DNA of 64,000 nt from Podarcis liolepis (taxonomy: Eukaryota). Location: NCBI GenBank assembly GCA_965112155.1, contig OZ218105.1. The stretch is one strand, 5' to 3'. Each line of letters opens with the position of its first letter. The stretch's first letter is position 1. This document shows positions 11,309-21,992 of this stretch, in pieces. The position numbers and the translations under genes are program-made. The notes below the pieces were generated by a model. The model did no database searches. It saw only the letters and a program-made list of their open reading frames with translations, and had not been told where the DNA came from.

Positions 11309-13738
11309 TTATTTCACCTTTTCCTCTGATTCTTCTTTCCCCACCTGGTCAGGAATATCTTGGGAAGCAGACGGAGGGGTCTGGTTCACATTGAGGTTTG
11401 GCTCCCCCACAGAAAAAACAGGAATGAGGGGCCTGAGGAATCTGAACTCGCTGCTCAAGGACCCACCGGTTAAGCAAACGTCGTAGTGGTAACTCCTGGA
11501 AAGAGACCCGCTCTGAGAATCGCCACCGTTCTCTGGGATGTCGGGTCTGGCAGGTGGGAAGTGAGGAGGGGCAGCGATAAAACTTTCCCTGGGATCCCTC
11601 CTGCAGATCTTGATGGCAGCAAAGGAAACAATGCAAACGAGGAACACAAAGGAGACTGCAGCCAGGCAGATCACCAAGTACAAGGTCAAGGTCCCATCTT
11701 CTTCGTGCTCCTCTTTCCTGACCTCCACAGCCTTCATATAAGGATCCGAAAAGCCACCCACGGGAAGGACATGGAGCATGGCAGTGCTGCTCTGGGGAGG
11801 GAGCCCGTTGTCCCTGACCACTATCAGGAGTCTCTGCTTGCTGGTGTCTCGCTCGCTCAGGGCTCTCCTGGTTCTCACTTCCCCATTCTGGGCTCCTATG
11901 CTGAAAAGACCAGGGTCTGTGGCCTTCAGCAGCTCATAGGAAAGCCACGAGTTCTGGCCAGAATCTCCATCCACAGCCACCACCTTGGTGACCAGGTAGC
12001 CGGCCTCCACCGACTTGGGGACCAGCTCATTGCAGGGGGATGTGCTGTTCTGAAGAGGGTAGAGGAAGAAGGGAGCATTGTCGTTTTCGTCTATGATTAC
12101 GACTCGGACAGTAACTTCTGAGCTGAGGGGAGGAGACCCTCCATCTGTAGCCCTCACCGTCATTTTGAAATCTTTGATCTGCTCATAATCCAGAGATTGG
12201 AGGGCATACAGATTTCCGCTTTCAGAGTTGACTGAGATGTAAGAGGCCACAAGGCCATCAGTGACCTTCCCAGGCAAAAGGGAGTAGGTGACCTTGGCAT
12301 TCTTCTCAGTGTCCAGATCAGTAGCATGGACTGAGCCAATGAGCAGTCCTGGAATATTGTTTTCCCGTATCTGCATTTCACATGAAGACTTTTCAAATAC
12401 TGGAGAGTTGTCATTGACGTCTGAGATCTCAATGTTAATCACTCTTGTTGAACTGAGCCTGGGGGAGCCTCGGTCAGTGGCTGTGATGGTGACATTATAC
12501 TCTGAGACCTTCTCTCTGTCCAGGGGACTTTGGACCACAAGCTGGTAATAGTTATTCATAGTGGATTTTAACATAAAAGGAAGGTTTGCCTCCACAGAGC
12601 ACATGGTTCTGCCATTGTCTCCAGAGTCTCGGTCTGTGACAGTGAAGAGAGCCACAAGTGTCTCCAGGGGAGAATCCTCTGCCAAAGGACTAGTGATGGA
12701 TATGATGGACACTTCAGGGACATTGTCATTCACATCCTCAATCTCTACCAGGACCTTGCAGTGACCTGAAAGTCCCCCTCCATCTGTTGCTCTGATGCTC
12801 ATGCTGTAACTGGTTTCTTTTTCATAATCAAGCTGACCAGAAAGAGTCATTTCCCCAGTGTTTTCATTTAGGTGGAACAGATCATATATTTCTTCAGGCA
12901 CTCTGTAGAATAAGTAGATGATCTGTGCATTTGAACCAAAATCCAAATCCGTAGCTTCCAATCTGAAGACCAAAGTGCCCTGTGGGCTGTTTTCCTTTAA
13001 CCTTACTTTATATTCAGAATGAGTAAACTGTGGGGAATTGTCATTGATGTCAAGAACATCAATATTTATTTGAACTGTCCCTGTTCTCTGTGGCTCCCCT
13101 CCATCCACAGCTGTGAGAGTCAATCCATAGTGTGAGTCCTTCTCCCTGTCCAGTGGCTTCTCCAGAACAAGATCCACATACTTGTTTCCATCCTCTTCAC
13201 TTTTAACATCAAGCCGGAAATGTTTATTGGGACTGAGAGTGTAGTTTTGGATGTTATTTATCCCCAGGTCCTCATCTCGGGCAGATTCCAAGGGGAAATG
13301 TGTATTTGGAGAGACATTTTCAGGAATTTCTAGATCAAATGCCTTTTTAGAGAATTTGGGGACATTATCATTCACATCTTCTATCTTGACTTCAATACTG
13401 AAGATCTTTAAGGGATTTTGCAACACAATTTCAGTGTGTAACAAGCAAGGATCAGTCTGGCCACATAATGTTTCTCGGTCTATTTTATCATTTATCAACA
13501 AATTCCCAGTCTTGGAATCAAGACGAAAATATTGCTTACTGTTCTTAGAAACCAGCTGGGCTCTGTGAGCAGAGAGCTCCCCTGTTCCCAGTTTCAAATC
13601 CTCCAGCACATTAGCCACCAAAGACCCCCTTTTCTTTTCTTCAGGCACAGAATAATGAAGTGATATACTCAGTGCTCCAGGAAGACAAAGGAAAAGCAAA
13701 AAATACAGACCTTGTTCCTTTCTGTAGCCGTCTCCCAT
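11309..13738 (-). CDS. PCDHB: Clustered protocadherin, beta-type, subfamily A (gene 3)
   Basis: 809-aa ORF, close paralog of gene 1; donor AAG|GTGAAA at 11318/11317. Confidence 0.93.
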   Translation of the reverse strand: MGDGYRKEQGLYFLLFLCLPGALSISLHYSVPEEKKRGSLVANVLEDLKLGTGELSAHRAQLVSKNSKQYFRLDSKTGNLLINDKIDRETLCGQTDPCLLHTEIVLQNPLKIFSIEVKIEDVNDNVPKFSKKAFDLEIPENVSPNTHFPLESARDEDLGINNIQNYTLSPNKHFRLDVKSEEDGNKYVDLVLEKPLDREKDSHYGLTLTAVDGGEPQRTGTVQINIDVLDINDNSPQFTHSEYKVRLKENSPQGTLVFRLEATDLDFGSNAQIIYLFYRVPEEIYDLFHLNENTGEMTLSGQLDYEKETSYSMSIRATDGGGLSGHCKVLVEIEDVNDNVPEVSIISITSPLAEDSPLETLVALFTVTDRDSGDNGRTMCSVEANLPFMLKSTMNNYYQLVVQSPLDREKVSEYNVTITATDRGSPRLSSTRVINIEISDVNDNSPVFEKSSCEMQIRENNIPGLLIGSVHATDLDTEKNAKVTYSLLPGKVTDGLVASYISVNSESGNLYALQSLDYEQIKDFKMTVRATDGGSPPLSSEVTVRVVIIDENDNAPFFLYPLQNSTSPCNELVPKSVEAGYLVTKVVAVDGDSGQNSWLSYELLKATDPGLFSIGAQNGEVRTRRALSERDTSKQRLLIVVRDNGLPPQSSTAMLHVLPVGGFSDPYMKAVEVRKEEHEEDGTLTLYLVICLAAVSFVFLVCIVSFAAIKICRRDPRESFIAAPPHFPPARPDIPENGGDSQSGSLSRSYHYDVCLTGGSLSSEFRFLRPLIPVFSVGEPNLNVNQTPPSASQDIPDQVGKEESEEKVK

Positions 13739-13968
13739 GGCTCAAGAATCTCTGGCCAAAAGATGAAGTTTCTGACACACTTCCAATGATAATCTCTGCT
13801 GCTGTAGAAATGAATTTGATGCTGCCGTGTTGATGGCTTTGCTGTGCTCTATGTTATCTCTTTATTGCATATGAAAGTCACCCGTCCTTTGTTCCAGGCA
13901 CCTTTTTGCTCATGGCTTCCTGTGAGTTCCTTCACAAAATTCTGAATTCCAGTCCATGTCTTTGCCTG

Positions 13969-13987
13969 TACTACCACCGTGTGGCTG
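13969..13987 (-). promoter_or_regulatory. CSE / CTCF-type motif, gene 3
   Basis: CAGCCACACGGTGGTAGTA. Confidence 0.75.
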
Positions 13988-14514
13988 AGCAAAGAAAAGC
14001 CACTAAGATTCAGTAAATAACACTGAATGCAGTGCACATTATACTGAACAGGAAAGCTTCAGATTCACAGTTTCTCTGTTCATAAAAGACTGTTTTATTA
14101 CTAGGAAGATGCCTCTTTTCCATATGAATGAGTGCAGATATCACAAAACAATGCATTACTTTCCATAGTTCCTGAACACTGTTGTGCATGGGAGTCAATC
14201 TAATATACGGAAATTCAAGATGCACAGCACATATGGTGCTCTTGTGGAACAATCTCCCTCCTTCCCACCTCAATCAAACATTTTGCAATAAAGAAATTGA
14301 CAGGAAAACACCTTGGAAAATGTAGGCTTACTATTGCTTGATTCAAGTGCCATATGGCTTTCACACAGGGAATGTAGCAGGCTATTAATATCTACATGAG
14401 TATTAGGATAATAACACCATATCAATTTATATACACAGCTTTTCTTTTTTCCTCACTTCTCGCCCCTCCCCCTTTTATTTCTTTCTTTCTTTCTTTCTTT
14501 TAAGTAGTAAGAAT

Positions 14515-14620
14515 GAATAAACTGGTCATATGGAAGCAACTGGTCATATGGAATGAATAAACTGGTCATATGGAATAAACTGGTCATATGGAAGCAACAG
14601 TAAACTGGTCATATGGAAGA
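14515..14620. repeat. Minisatellite of AACTGGTCATATGGAA units (paralog ~29845-29970 with one more unit)
   Basis: Five versus six imperfect copies; single copy in other units (e.g. ~4568, ~15959). Confidence 0.85.
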
Positions 14621-14896
14621 AACCTGTATCTCGGCTTTTGCATGACACCCCCTCCCATACAGAGAGTTTAAAGAGGTTATGAAGTTATTCTATAACACAT
14701 CAAACCACAAAACTATAAATATGAAAGTTTATATCCCTCTATGCAAGGGCAGAAAGAACAATATCATAATACGACACAGGGAAACTGAACAGGGAAAATA
14801 TGGGAAGAATTTCAAATTTGCATTCAGATTTCCTGCACTCAGCTGAATTCAGGCTTGCACCTCACAGATATAGGGGGACCAAACTAGAGGGAGAAA

Positions 14897-15227
14897 AGTT
14901 TATTAATTGAAAGATAATTATTTGAAAATCATTAATAGTTGGTACTTAACTCAGAGTAGGTTGGCTAAGATTTATAAAATAGAATCAGATAAATGTTGGA
15001 AGTGTAAAGAAACGGAGGGAACTTTTTTCACATGTGGTGGACATGTAAAAAGGTAAAAGTATATGGGGAAATTGAAAATTGAAAAAAATGCTTAGAACTA
15101 CTTTAACACACACACACCAGTGTCATTTTCGTTGGGAAAAACCCAAACTAAAATTCCTGGGTGTGAGAAAAGGTTATTTATGTATGCAACAATTGTGGTC
15201 CGTGCTTTTTTAGCCCCAAAATGGAAA
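14897..15227 (+). mobile_element. Duplicated copy of the same L1-like insertion, cut by a deletion
   Basis: Paralogous to 30248-30607 with the same left flank; ends at the deletion junction. Confidence 0.82.
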
Positions 15228-15600
15228 ATGATAATCTCTGCTGCTGTGGAAATGAATTTGATGCTGCAGTGTTGATGGCTTTGCTGTGCTTTATGTTATC
15301 TCTTTATCGCATATGAAAGTCACCCGTCCTTTGTTTCAGCCACCTTTTTGCTCATGGCTTCCTGTGAGTTCCTTCACAAAATTCTGAATTCCAGTCCATG
15401 TCTTTGCCTGTACTACCACCGTGTGGCTGAGCAAAGAAAAGCCATCAAGATTCAGTAAATAACACTGAATGCAGTGCACATTATACTGAACAGGAAAGCT
15501 TCAGATTCACAGTTTCTCTGTTCATAAAAGACTGTTTTATTACTAGGAAGATGCCTCTTTTCCATATGAATGAATGCAAATATCACAAAATTACCTTCTA
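15228..15600 (-). promoter_or_regulatory. Orphan subfamily-A promoter with intact CSE (15411..15429) and no coding exon
   Basis: Near-identical to A promoters (e.g. from 39922), but joined at ~15228 to an L1 fragment instead of the ATG. Confidence 0.85.
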
Positions 15601-17473
15601 TAGTTCTTCTACATTGTTGTGCATGGGATTCAATCTAATACGCGAAAATTCAAGATGCACAGTACATATGGTGCTCTTGTGAAACAATCTCCCTCCCTGG
15701 CCCTCAATCAAACAGTTTGCAGTGAGGAAAGCAACACGAAAATACCTTGGAAAGTGTATGATAACTTTTGCTTGATGCCATATGGCCTGCACACAGAGAA
15801 TGTAGCAGGCTATTAATATGTATATATCGATTACAACATGGGAGTGCATTACATTTATTTTTTGTATTTTTTTTCTTATACTCAGCATTGTTCTTCTTTT
15901 TCCTCATTCCCCTCTTTTTTTCTTTGTATCACTTTATTTCTTTTTTTAAAAAGTAGTAAACTGGTCATATGGAAGCAACCTGTATCTCAGGTTTTCAGTG
16001 ACACCCCCTCCCATTCAGAGTGTTTAAAGGGGTTATGAAGTTATTCTATAGCACATCAAACCACCAAAATATTAATATGAAAGTGTATATTCCTCTATGC
16101 AAGGACAGAAACAACAATATCAGAATACAAGGACACAGGTAAACTGAGCAGAATTTTTAAAGTAGAATTTCAAACCCGCATTCATATTTTGTGCACTCTG
16201 CTGAATTCAGGCTACCACCTCACAGATACAAGAGGAGCAAACTAGAGAGAGAAAATGAAATTAAACCATACTAAAAGGATTCAAATGCTGAACTCACCTG
16301 GATAATGTTTTGAGTTTCACCTGCATGACATGGGACACCTTCAGAATCATTGGAACTCCTTGGATTCACCTGAGTGTTAGGAGGCTCCACAGAGAAAACA
16401 GGAAACAGGGGCCTGAGAAACCTGAACTCGCTGTTCAGAGACCCACCAGCTAAGCACACCCCATAGTTGTAAGCCTGAGATAGAGATCCAGCACCAGGAT
16501 CCGCAGAGTTCTCCTGGGAATCAGGTCCCACCGGGAAATTGGCTCCAGAGTTGTAGGTTCCTATGAACTTTTCACGTTTCTGCAACTTGATTACAACAAA
16601 GGCCACCACAGAAATGAGAAAGATGCTTGAGATGGCAGCCAAGCAGATGATCAAATACATCGTCAGGCTGGGGTCTTCCTCCTCCGCTGTTTCCTCCTTT
16701 GGGAGAGCCACACTTTTCAGATAAGGGTCAGAGAAGCCGTCCACTAGGAGGATTCTGAGCGTGGCAGAGGTGGACTGGGGAGGATGGCCGTTGTCTCGGA
16801 CCACCACAATCAGATTCTGCTTGAAGCTGTCTCGGTTGCTGACCGGCCTCAGGGTGGTCACTTCTCCATTCTGGGCCCCCACCGTGAACAGACCCGGCTC
16901 TGTGGCCTTCAGCAGCTGGTAGGAAAGCCAAGAGTTCTGGCCAGAATCCCTGTCTACAGCCACCACCTTGGTGACCAGGTAGCCAGTCTCTGCCCCTCGG
17001 GGAACCAGGTCATTCGAGGGGGAAGTGCCATTCTGGAGAGGGTAGAGGATGAAGGGGGCATTGTCATTTTCATCCACGACCTGAACGCGGATGGGAACTT
17101 CGGAGCTCAGTGGAGGGGAACCTGAATCCACAGCCCTCACCGTCACCTGGAAATCTTGTACTTCCTCATAATCCAGAGACCGGATGGCATACAGGTTCCC
17201 CGTTTCAGAGTTGATGGAGATGTAAGAGGATGTGGGGCCATCATTGACCTTCCCAGGCAAAAGCGAGTAGGTCACTTTGGCATTCTGCGCTGTGTCCAGA
17301 TCAACAGCATGGACCGAATTGATCAGAAGACCAGGAATATTGTTTTCTCTTAACTGCATTTCATAGAATGGCTTTTCAAACACTGGAGGGTTGTCATTGA
17401 CATCTGACACTTCAACATGAAGTATTCTTGTGGAAGTGAGTCTGGGAGAGCCCTTGTCAGTGGCTGTGATGGT

Positions 17474-19794
17474 AGAATCATAGAATCATAGAATCATAGA
17501 ATAATAGAGTTGGAAGAGACCACAAGGGCCATCGAGTCCAACCCCCTGCCAAGCAGGAAACACCATCAGAGCACTCCTGACATATGGTTGTCAAGCCTCT
17601 GCTTAAAGACCTCCAAAGTAGGAGACTCCACCACACTCCTTGGCAGCAAATTCCACTGTCGAACAGCTCTTACTGTCAGGAAGTTCTTCCTAATGTTTAG
17701 GTGGAATCTTCTTTCTTGTAGTTTGGATCCATTGCTCCGTGTCCGCTTCTCTGGAGCAGCAGAAAACAACCTTTCTCCCTCCTCTATGTGACATCCTTTT
17801 ATATATTTGAACATGGCTATCATATCACCCCTTAACCTCCTCTTCTCCAGGCTAAACATGCCCAGCTCCCTTAGCCGTTCCTCATAAGGCATCGTTTCCA
17901 GGCCTTTGACCATTTTGGTTGCCCTCCTCTGGACACGTTCCAGTTTGTCAGTGTCCTTCTTGAATTGTGGTGCCCAGAACTGGACACAGTACTCCAGGTG
18001 TGGTCTGACCAGAGCAGAATACAGTGGCACTATTACTTCCCTTGATCTAGATGCTATACTCCTATTGATGCAGCCCAGAATTGCATTGGCTTTTTTAGCT
18101 GCCGCGTCACACTGTTGGCTCATGTCAAGTTTGTGGTCAACCAAGACTCCTAGATCCTTTTCACATGTACTGCTCTCAAGCCAGGTGTCACCCATCTTGT
18201 ATTTGTGCCTCTCATTTTTTTTGCCCAAGTGCAATACTTTACATTTCTCCCTGTTAAAATTCATCTTGTTTGCTTTTGCCCAGTTCTCTAATCTGTCAAG
18301 GTCGCTTTGAAGTGTGATCCTGTCCTCTGGGGTGTTAGCCACCCCTCCCAGTTTGGTGTCATCTGCAAATTTGATCAGGATGCCCTTGAGTCCATCATCC
18401 AAGTCGTTGATAAAGATGTTGAATAAGACCGGGCCCAAGACAGAACCCTGTGGCACCCCACTAGTCACTCTTCTCCAGGATGAAGAGGAACCATTGATGA
18501 GCACCCTTTGGGTTCGGTCAGTCAGCCAGTTACAAATCCACTGAGTGGTAGCATAGTCAAGACCGCATTTTACCAGCTTCTTTACAAGAATATCATGGGG
18601 CACCTTGTCAAATGCCTTGCTGAAATCAAGGTAGGCTACATCCACTGCGTTCCCTTCATCTACCAGGCTTGTAATTCTGTCAAAAAACGAGATCAGGTTA
18701 GTCTGACATGACTTATTTTTCAGAAATCCATGCTGACTATTGGTGATCACAGCATTCCTTTCTAGGTGCTCACAGACTGTTTGCTTAATGATCTGTTCCA
18801 GAATCTTCCCTGCTATTGATGTCAGACTGACTGGGCGGTAATTATTTGGGTCCTCTCTTTTCCCCTTTTTGAAAATAGGGACAACATTTGCCCTCCTCCA
18901 GTCTGCCGGGACTTCGCCTGTTCTCCAGGAATTCTCAAAGATGACTGCCAGTGGTTCTGAGATCACATCTGCCAGTTCTTTTAATACTCTTGGATGCAGT
19001 TCATCTGGCCCTGGAGACTTGAATACATCTAATCCAGCCAAATATTCTTGTACTATCTCCTTAGTTATTCTGGGCTGTGTTTCCTTTGCTGAATCATTTG
19101 CTCCAAATTCTTCAGGTCGGGCATTGTTTTCTTTATTGGAGAAGACTGAGGCAAAGAAGGCATTGAGGAGTTCAGCCCTTTCTGTGTCCCCTGTTTGCAT
19201 TTCACCATCTTCTCCTCTGAGTGACCCCACTGTTTCTTTGTTCTTCCTTTTGCTACGAACATACCCATAAAAGCCTTTTTTGTTGCTTTTAACCTCTCTA
19301 GCAAGCCTGAGTTCATTCTGTGCTTTAGCTTTTCTGACTTTGTGTCTACACGTGCTGGCTATTTGTTTGAATTCCTCTTTGGTGGTTTCCCCCCTTTTCC
19401 ATTTTTTGTACACATCCTTTTTTAATCTTAATTCAGTTAAAAGTTCTTTAGATAGCCACCCTGGTTTCTTTAGGCACCTTCCATGTTTTCGTCTCATTGG
19501 TATTGCCTGACGTTGTGCTTTTACTATCTCCCTCTTAACAAACTCCCAGCCATCATGAACTCCCTTTCCTTTTAGTATTGCTGTCCATGGGATCTCACCC
19601 AGCACTTCCCTAAGTTTTATGAAGTCGGCTTTCTTAAAGTCAAGAAATTGAGTCCTAGTATGCTTGGCTGCTACTTTCCGCTGTATAGTAAACTTCAGAA
19701 GAGCATGATCACTCGCGCCTAATGATCCTTCCACATCTACCCCACTAACCAGGTCATCAACATTGGTTAGGACCAGATCTAAAATGGCTGTTCC
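17474..19794 (-). mobile_element. Young 5'-truncated CR1 LINE (~2.3 kb)
   Basis: (ATTCTATG)n 3' tail at the left end; uninterrupted ORF2; 4-bp TSD TGGT (17470-17473 / 19804-19807). Confidence 0.96.
17566..19794 (-). CDS. CR1 ORF2 fragment (end of APE endonuclease plus reverse transcriptase), 5'-truncated
   Basis: LDLVLTN…SDH endonuclease end; RT motifs [35 protein letters not shown]; no stops over >720 codons. Confidence 0.9.
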   Translation of the reverse strand, partial: GTAILDLVLTNVDDLVSGVDVEGSLGASDHALLKFTIQRKVAAKHTRTQFLDFKKADFIKLREVLGEIPWTAILKGKGVHDGWEFVKREIVKAQRQAIPMRRKHGRCLKKPGWLSKELLTELRLKKDVYKKWKRGETTKEEFKQIASTCRHKVRKAKAQNELRLAREVKSNKKGFYGYVRSKRKNKETVGSLRGEDGEMQTGDTERAELLNAFFASVFSNKENNARPEEFGANDSAKETQPRITKEIVQEYLAGLDVFKSPGPDELHPRVLKELADVISEPLAVIFENSWRTGEVPADWRRANVVPIFKKGKREDPNNYRPVSLTSIAGKILEQIIKQTVCEHLERNAVITNSQHGFLKNKSCQTNLISFFDRITSLVDEGNAVDVAYLDFSKAFDKVPHDILVKKLVKCGLDYATTQWICNWLTDRTQRVLINGSSSSWRRVTSGVPQGSVLGPVLFNIFINDLDDGLKGILIKFADDTKLGGVANTPEDRITLQSDLDRLENWAKANKMNFNREKCKVLHLGKKNERHKYKMGDTWLESSTCEKDLGVLVDHKLDMSQQCDAAAKKANAILGCINRSIASRSREVIVPLYSALVRPHLEYCVQFWAPQFKKDTDKLERVQRRATKMVKGLETMPYEERLRELGMFSLEKRRLRGDMIAMFKYIKGCHIEEGERLFSAAPEKRTRSNGSKLQERRFHLNIRKNFLTVRAVRQWNLLPRSVVESPTLEVFKQRLDNHMSGVL

Positions 19795-21300
19795 ATTACC
19801 AGCTGGTGATGTTATACTCAGAGGCTTTTTCTCTGTCCAGTGGTTGTTGGGTCACCAGCTGGTAATAGTTGTTCTCCGTCGGTTTTAGTACAAATGGCAG
19901 GTTGACTTCAGTGGTGCAGGCAGTTCTGCCACTGTCCCCAGAGTCCACGTCTGTGACACTGAAGAGGGCCACCACTGTCTCTGGGGGAGAGTTCTCAGGT
20001 AAGGGACTGGTGTTGGAAGTGATGGTAATCTCTGGAGCATTGTCGTTCTCATCCTCAATCTCTACAATGACTTTACAGTAAGCAGAAAGGCCTCCTCTGT
20101 CTGTAGCTCTTATGTTCATCTCGTAATTTGTGTTTTCTTCATAATCAATTGTTCCTGCAGTAGTAAGTTCCCCGGTGTGTTTGTTTAACTTGAATGATCT
20201 GACTACATATTCTGGCACTTGGCTGAATGAATAAGTGATTTGTGCATAGGAACCAAGATCCTTGTCAGTGGCTTCAACTTTGGTGACCAGCGTATCCAAT
20301 GGGCTGTTTTCCTTTAGTTTCACTTTGTACTCAGATTGTGGAAACTGAGGCAAATTATCATTAGCATCCAGAACATCAATAATAATTTGCACTGTTCCAG
20401 TTCTTTTTGGGATTCCTCCATCAACTGCTGACAGAATAAGGGAAATCTGTGGATTCACCTCACGGTCTAGCGGTTTCTCTAACACCAGTTCTCCGTATTT
20501 GGTACCATCAGTGTGACTTTTCACATGAAGCCTAAAATGTTCATTAGGACTAAGGGTGTAGTTCTGAACAGTATTTTTTCCTTTATCTGTATCTTCTGCT
20601 CTTTCCAAAGGGAATCTGATATCCACAGGAGTCTGCTCAGGTATTTCAAAAATAAATTGATTCTTAGAGAATTTGGGAGGATTATCATTCACGTCCTCAA
20701 TCTGAACTTCTATTCTGTGTAACTGCCATGGCTTTTCCAGCACAATTTCAGACAGTAGAATACATGGTTCATTCTGACCACACAGGGACTCCCGATCTAT
20801 TTTATCCTTTACTGTCACATCCCCAGAATGAGGATCCAGCTGGAAATACTGCTTGGAGCTCTTAGAAACCAGCCGGGCTTTCCGAGCAGACAGCTCCTTT
20901 GCATCCACTCTCAAATCCTTCAGCACATTCACTACCAGAGACCCCCTTTTCTCCTCCTCTGCCACTGAATAGCGGAAAGACTCACACATGGCTATGCATG
21001 CACAGAGACACAGGGAAAAAGACCAAACTTGCCTGATCTTGAGATGCAATTCCATTCTCCCATCCTCTCCTCCTGAAATGCAAGGCATTGTCCTCTTGTC
21101 TATTCCAAGGTGTGTCTCTTCTTAGCTGTATTTATCTTCTGAAAGTGACACTGTGTCCTGCTTATTCCTACTGGAATTTCTGAAGACTGGCTTGCAATAG
21201 GGATCTGCTGTTTTGCCCGTGCTGATTCCTTTGTCTAATGGCTACAGCTCTTGAGGAGAGCAACTGCTGCTCCCCAATTTCCTTCTTTTATCTTGTGCAA

Positions 21301-21319
21301 TACCACCACCTTGTGTTTG
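21301..21319 (-). promoter_or_regulatory. CSE / CTCF-type motif, gene 4
   Basis: CAAACACAAGGTGGTGGTA. Confidence 0.65.
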
Positions 21320-21396
21320 AACTATGTTATGGCGTTACAAAAACCAAAAGATTTTCCAGAATAAGAGCTGGTAAACATGAGCATCCGTGTGGAGAT

Positions 21397-21992
21397 CATA
21401 GAATCATAGAATCATAGAGTTGGAAAAGACCACAAGGGCCATCGAGTCCAACCCCCTGCCAAGCAGGAAACACCATCAGAGCACTCCTGACATATGGTTG
21501 TCAAGCCTCTGCTTAAAGACCTCCAAAGTAGGAGACTCCACCACACTCCTTGGCAGCAAATTCCACTGTCGAACAGCTCTTACTGTCAGGAAGTTCTTCC
21601 TAATGTTTAGGTGGAATCTTCTTTTTTGTAGTTTGGCTCCATTGCTCCGTGTCCGCTTCTCTGGAGCAGCAGAAAACAACCTTTCTCCCTCCTCTATGTG
21701 ACATCCTTTTATATATTTGAACATGGCTATCATATCACCCCTTAACCTCCTCTTCTCCAGGCTAAACATGCCCAGCTCCCTTAGCCGTTCCTCATAAGGC
21801 ATCGTTTCCAGGCCTTTGACCATTTTGGTTGCCCTCCTCTGGACACGTTCCAGTTTGTCAGTGTCCTTCTTGAATTGTGGTGCCCAGAACTGGACACAGT
21901 ACTCCAGGTGTGGTCTGACCAGAGCAGAATACAGTGGCACTATTACTTCCCTTGATCTAGATGCTATACTCCTATTGATGCAGCCCAGAATT
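21397..21992 (-). mobile_element. Young 5'-truncated CR1 (~0.6 kb), same family
   Basis: Nearly identical to 17490-18082; GAT duplicated at the junctions; empty site visible in paralogous promoters (~7660, ~33773). Confidence 0.95.

Larger units (their letters stand above)
16271..21055 (-). pseudogene. PCDHB: Subfamily B beta-protocadherin (gene 4) disrupted in EC4 by a CR1 insertion
   Basis: The 5' part (19804..21055) and 3' part (16271..17473) join into an otherwise intact B exon once the CR1 and one TGGT copy are removed. The insertion creates a premature stop (…EYNITSW*). Confidence 0.9.

Noticed and set aside
16271-17410. Stand-alone 379-aa Pcdh gene
   Set aside because: It is the 3' half of CR1-interrupted gene 4; GTG start, no signal peptide, no promoter.
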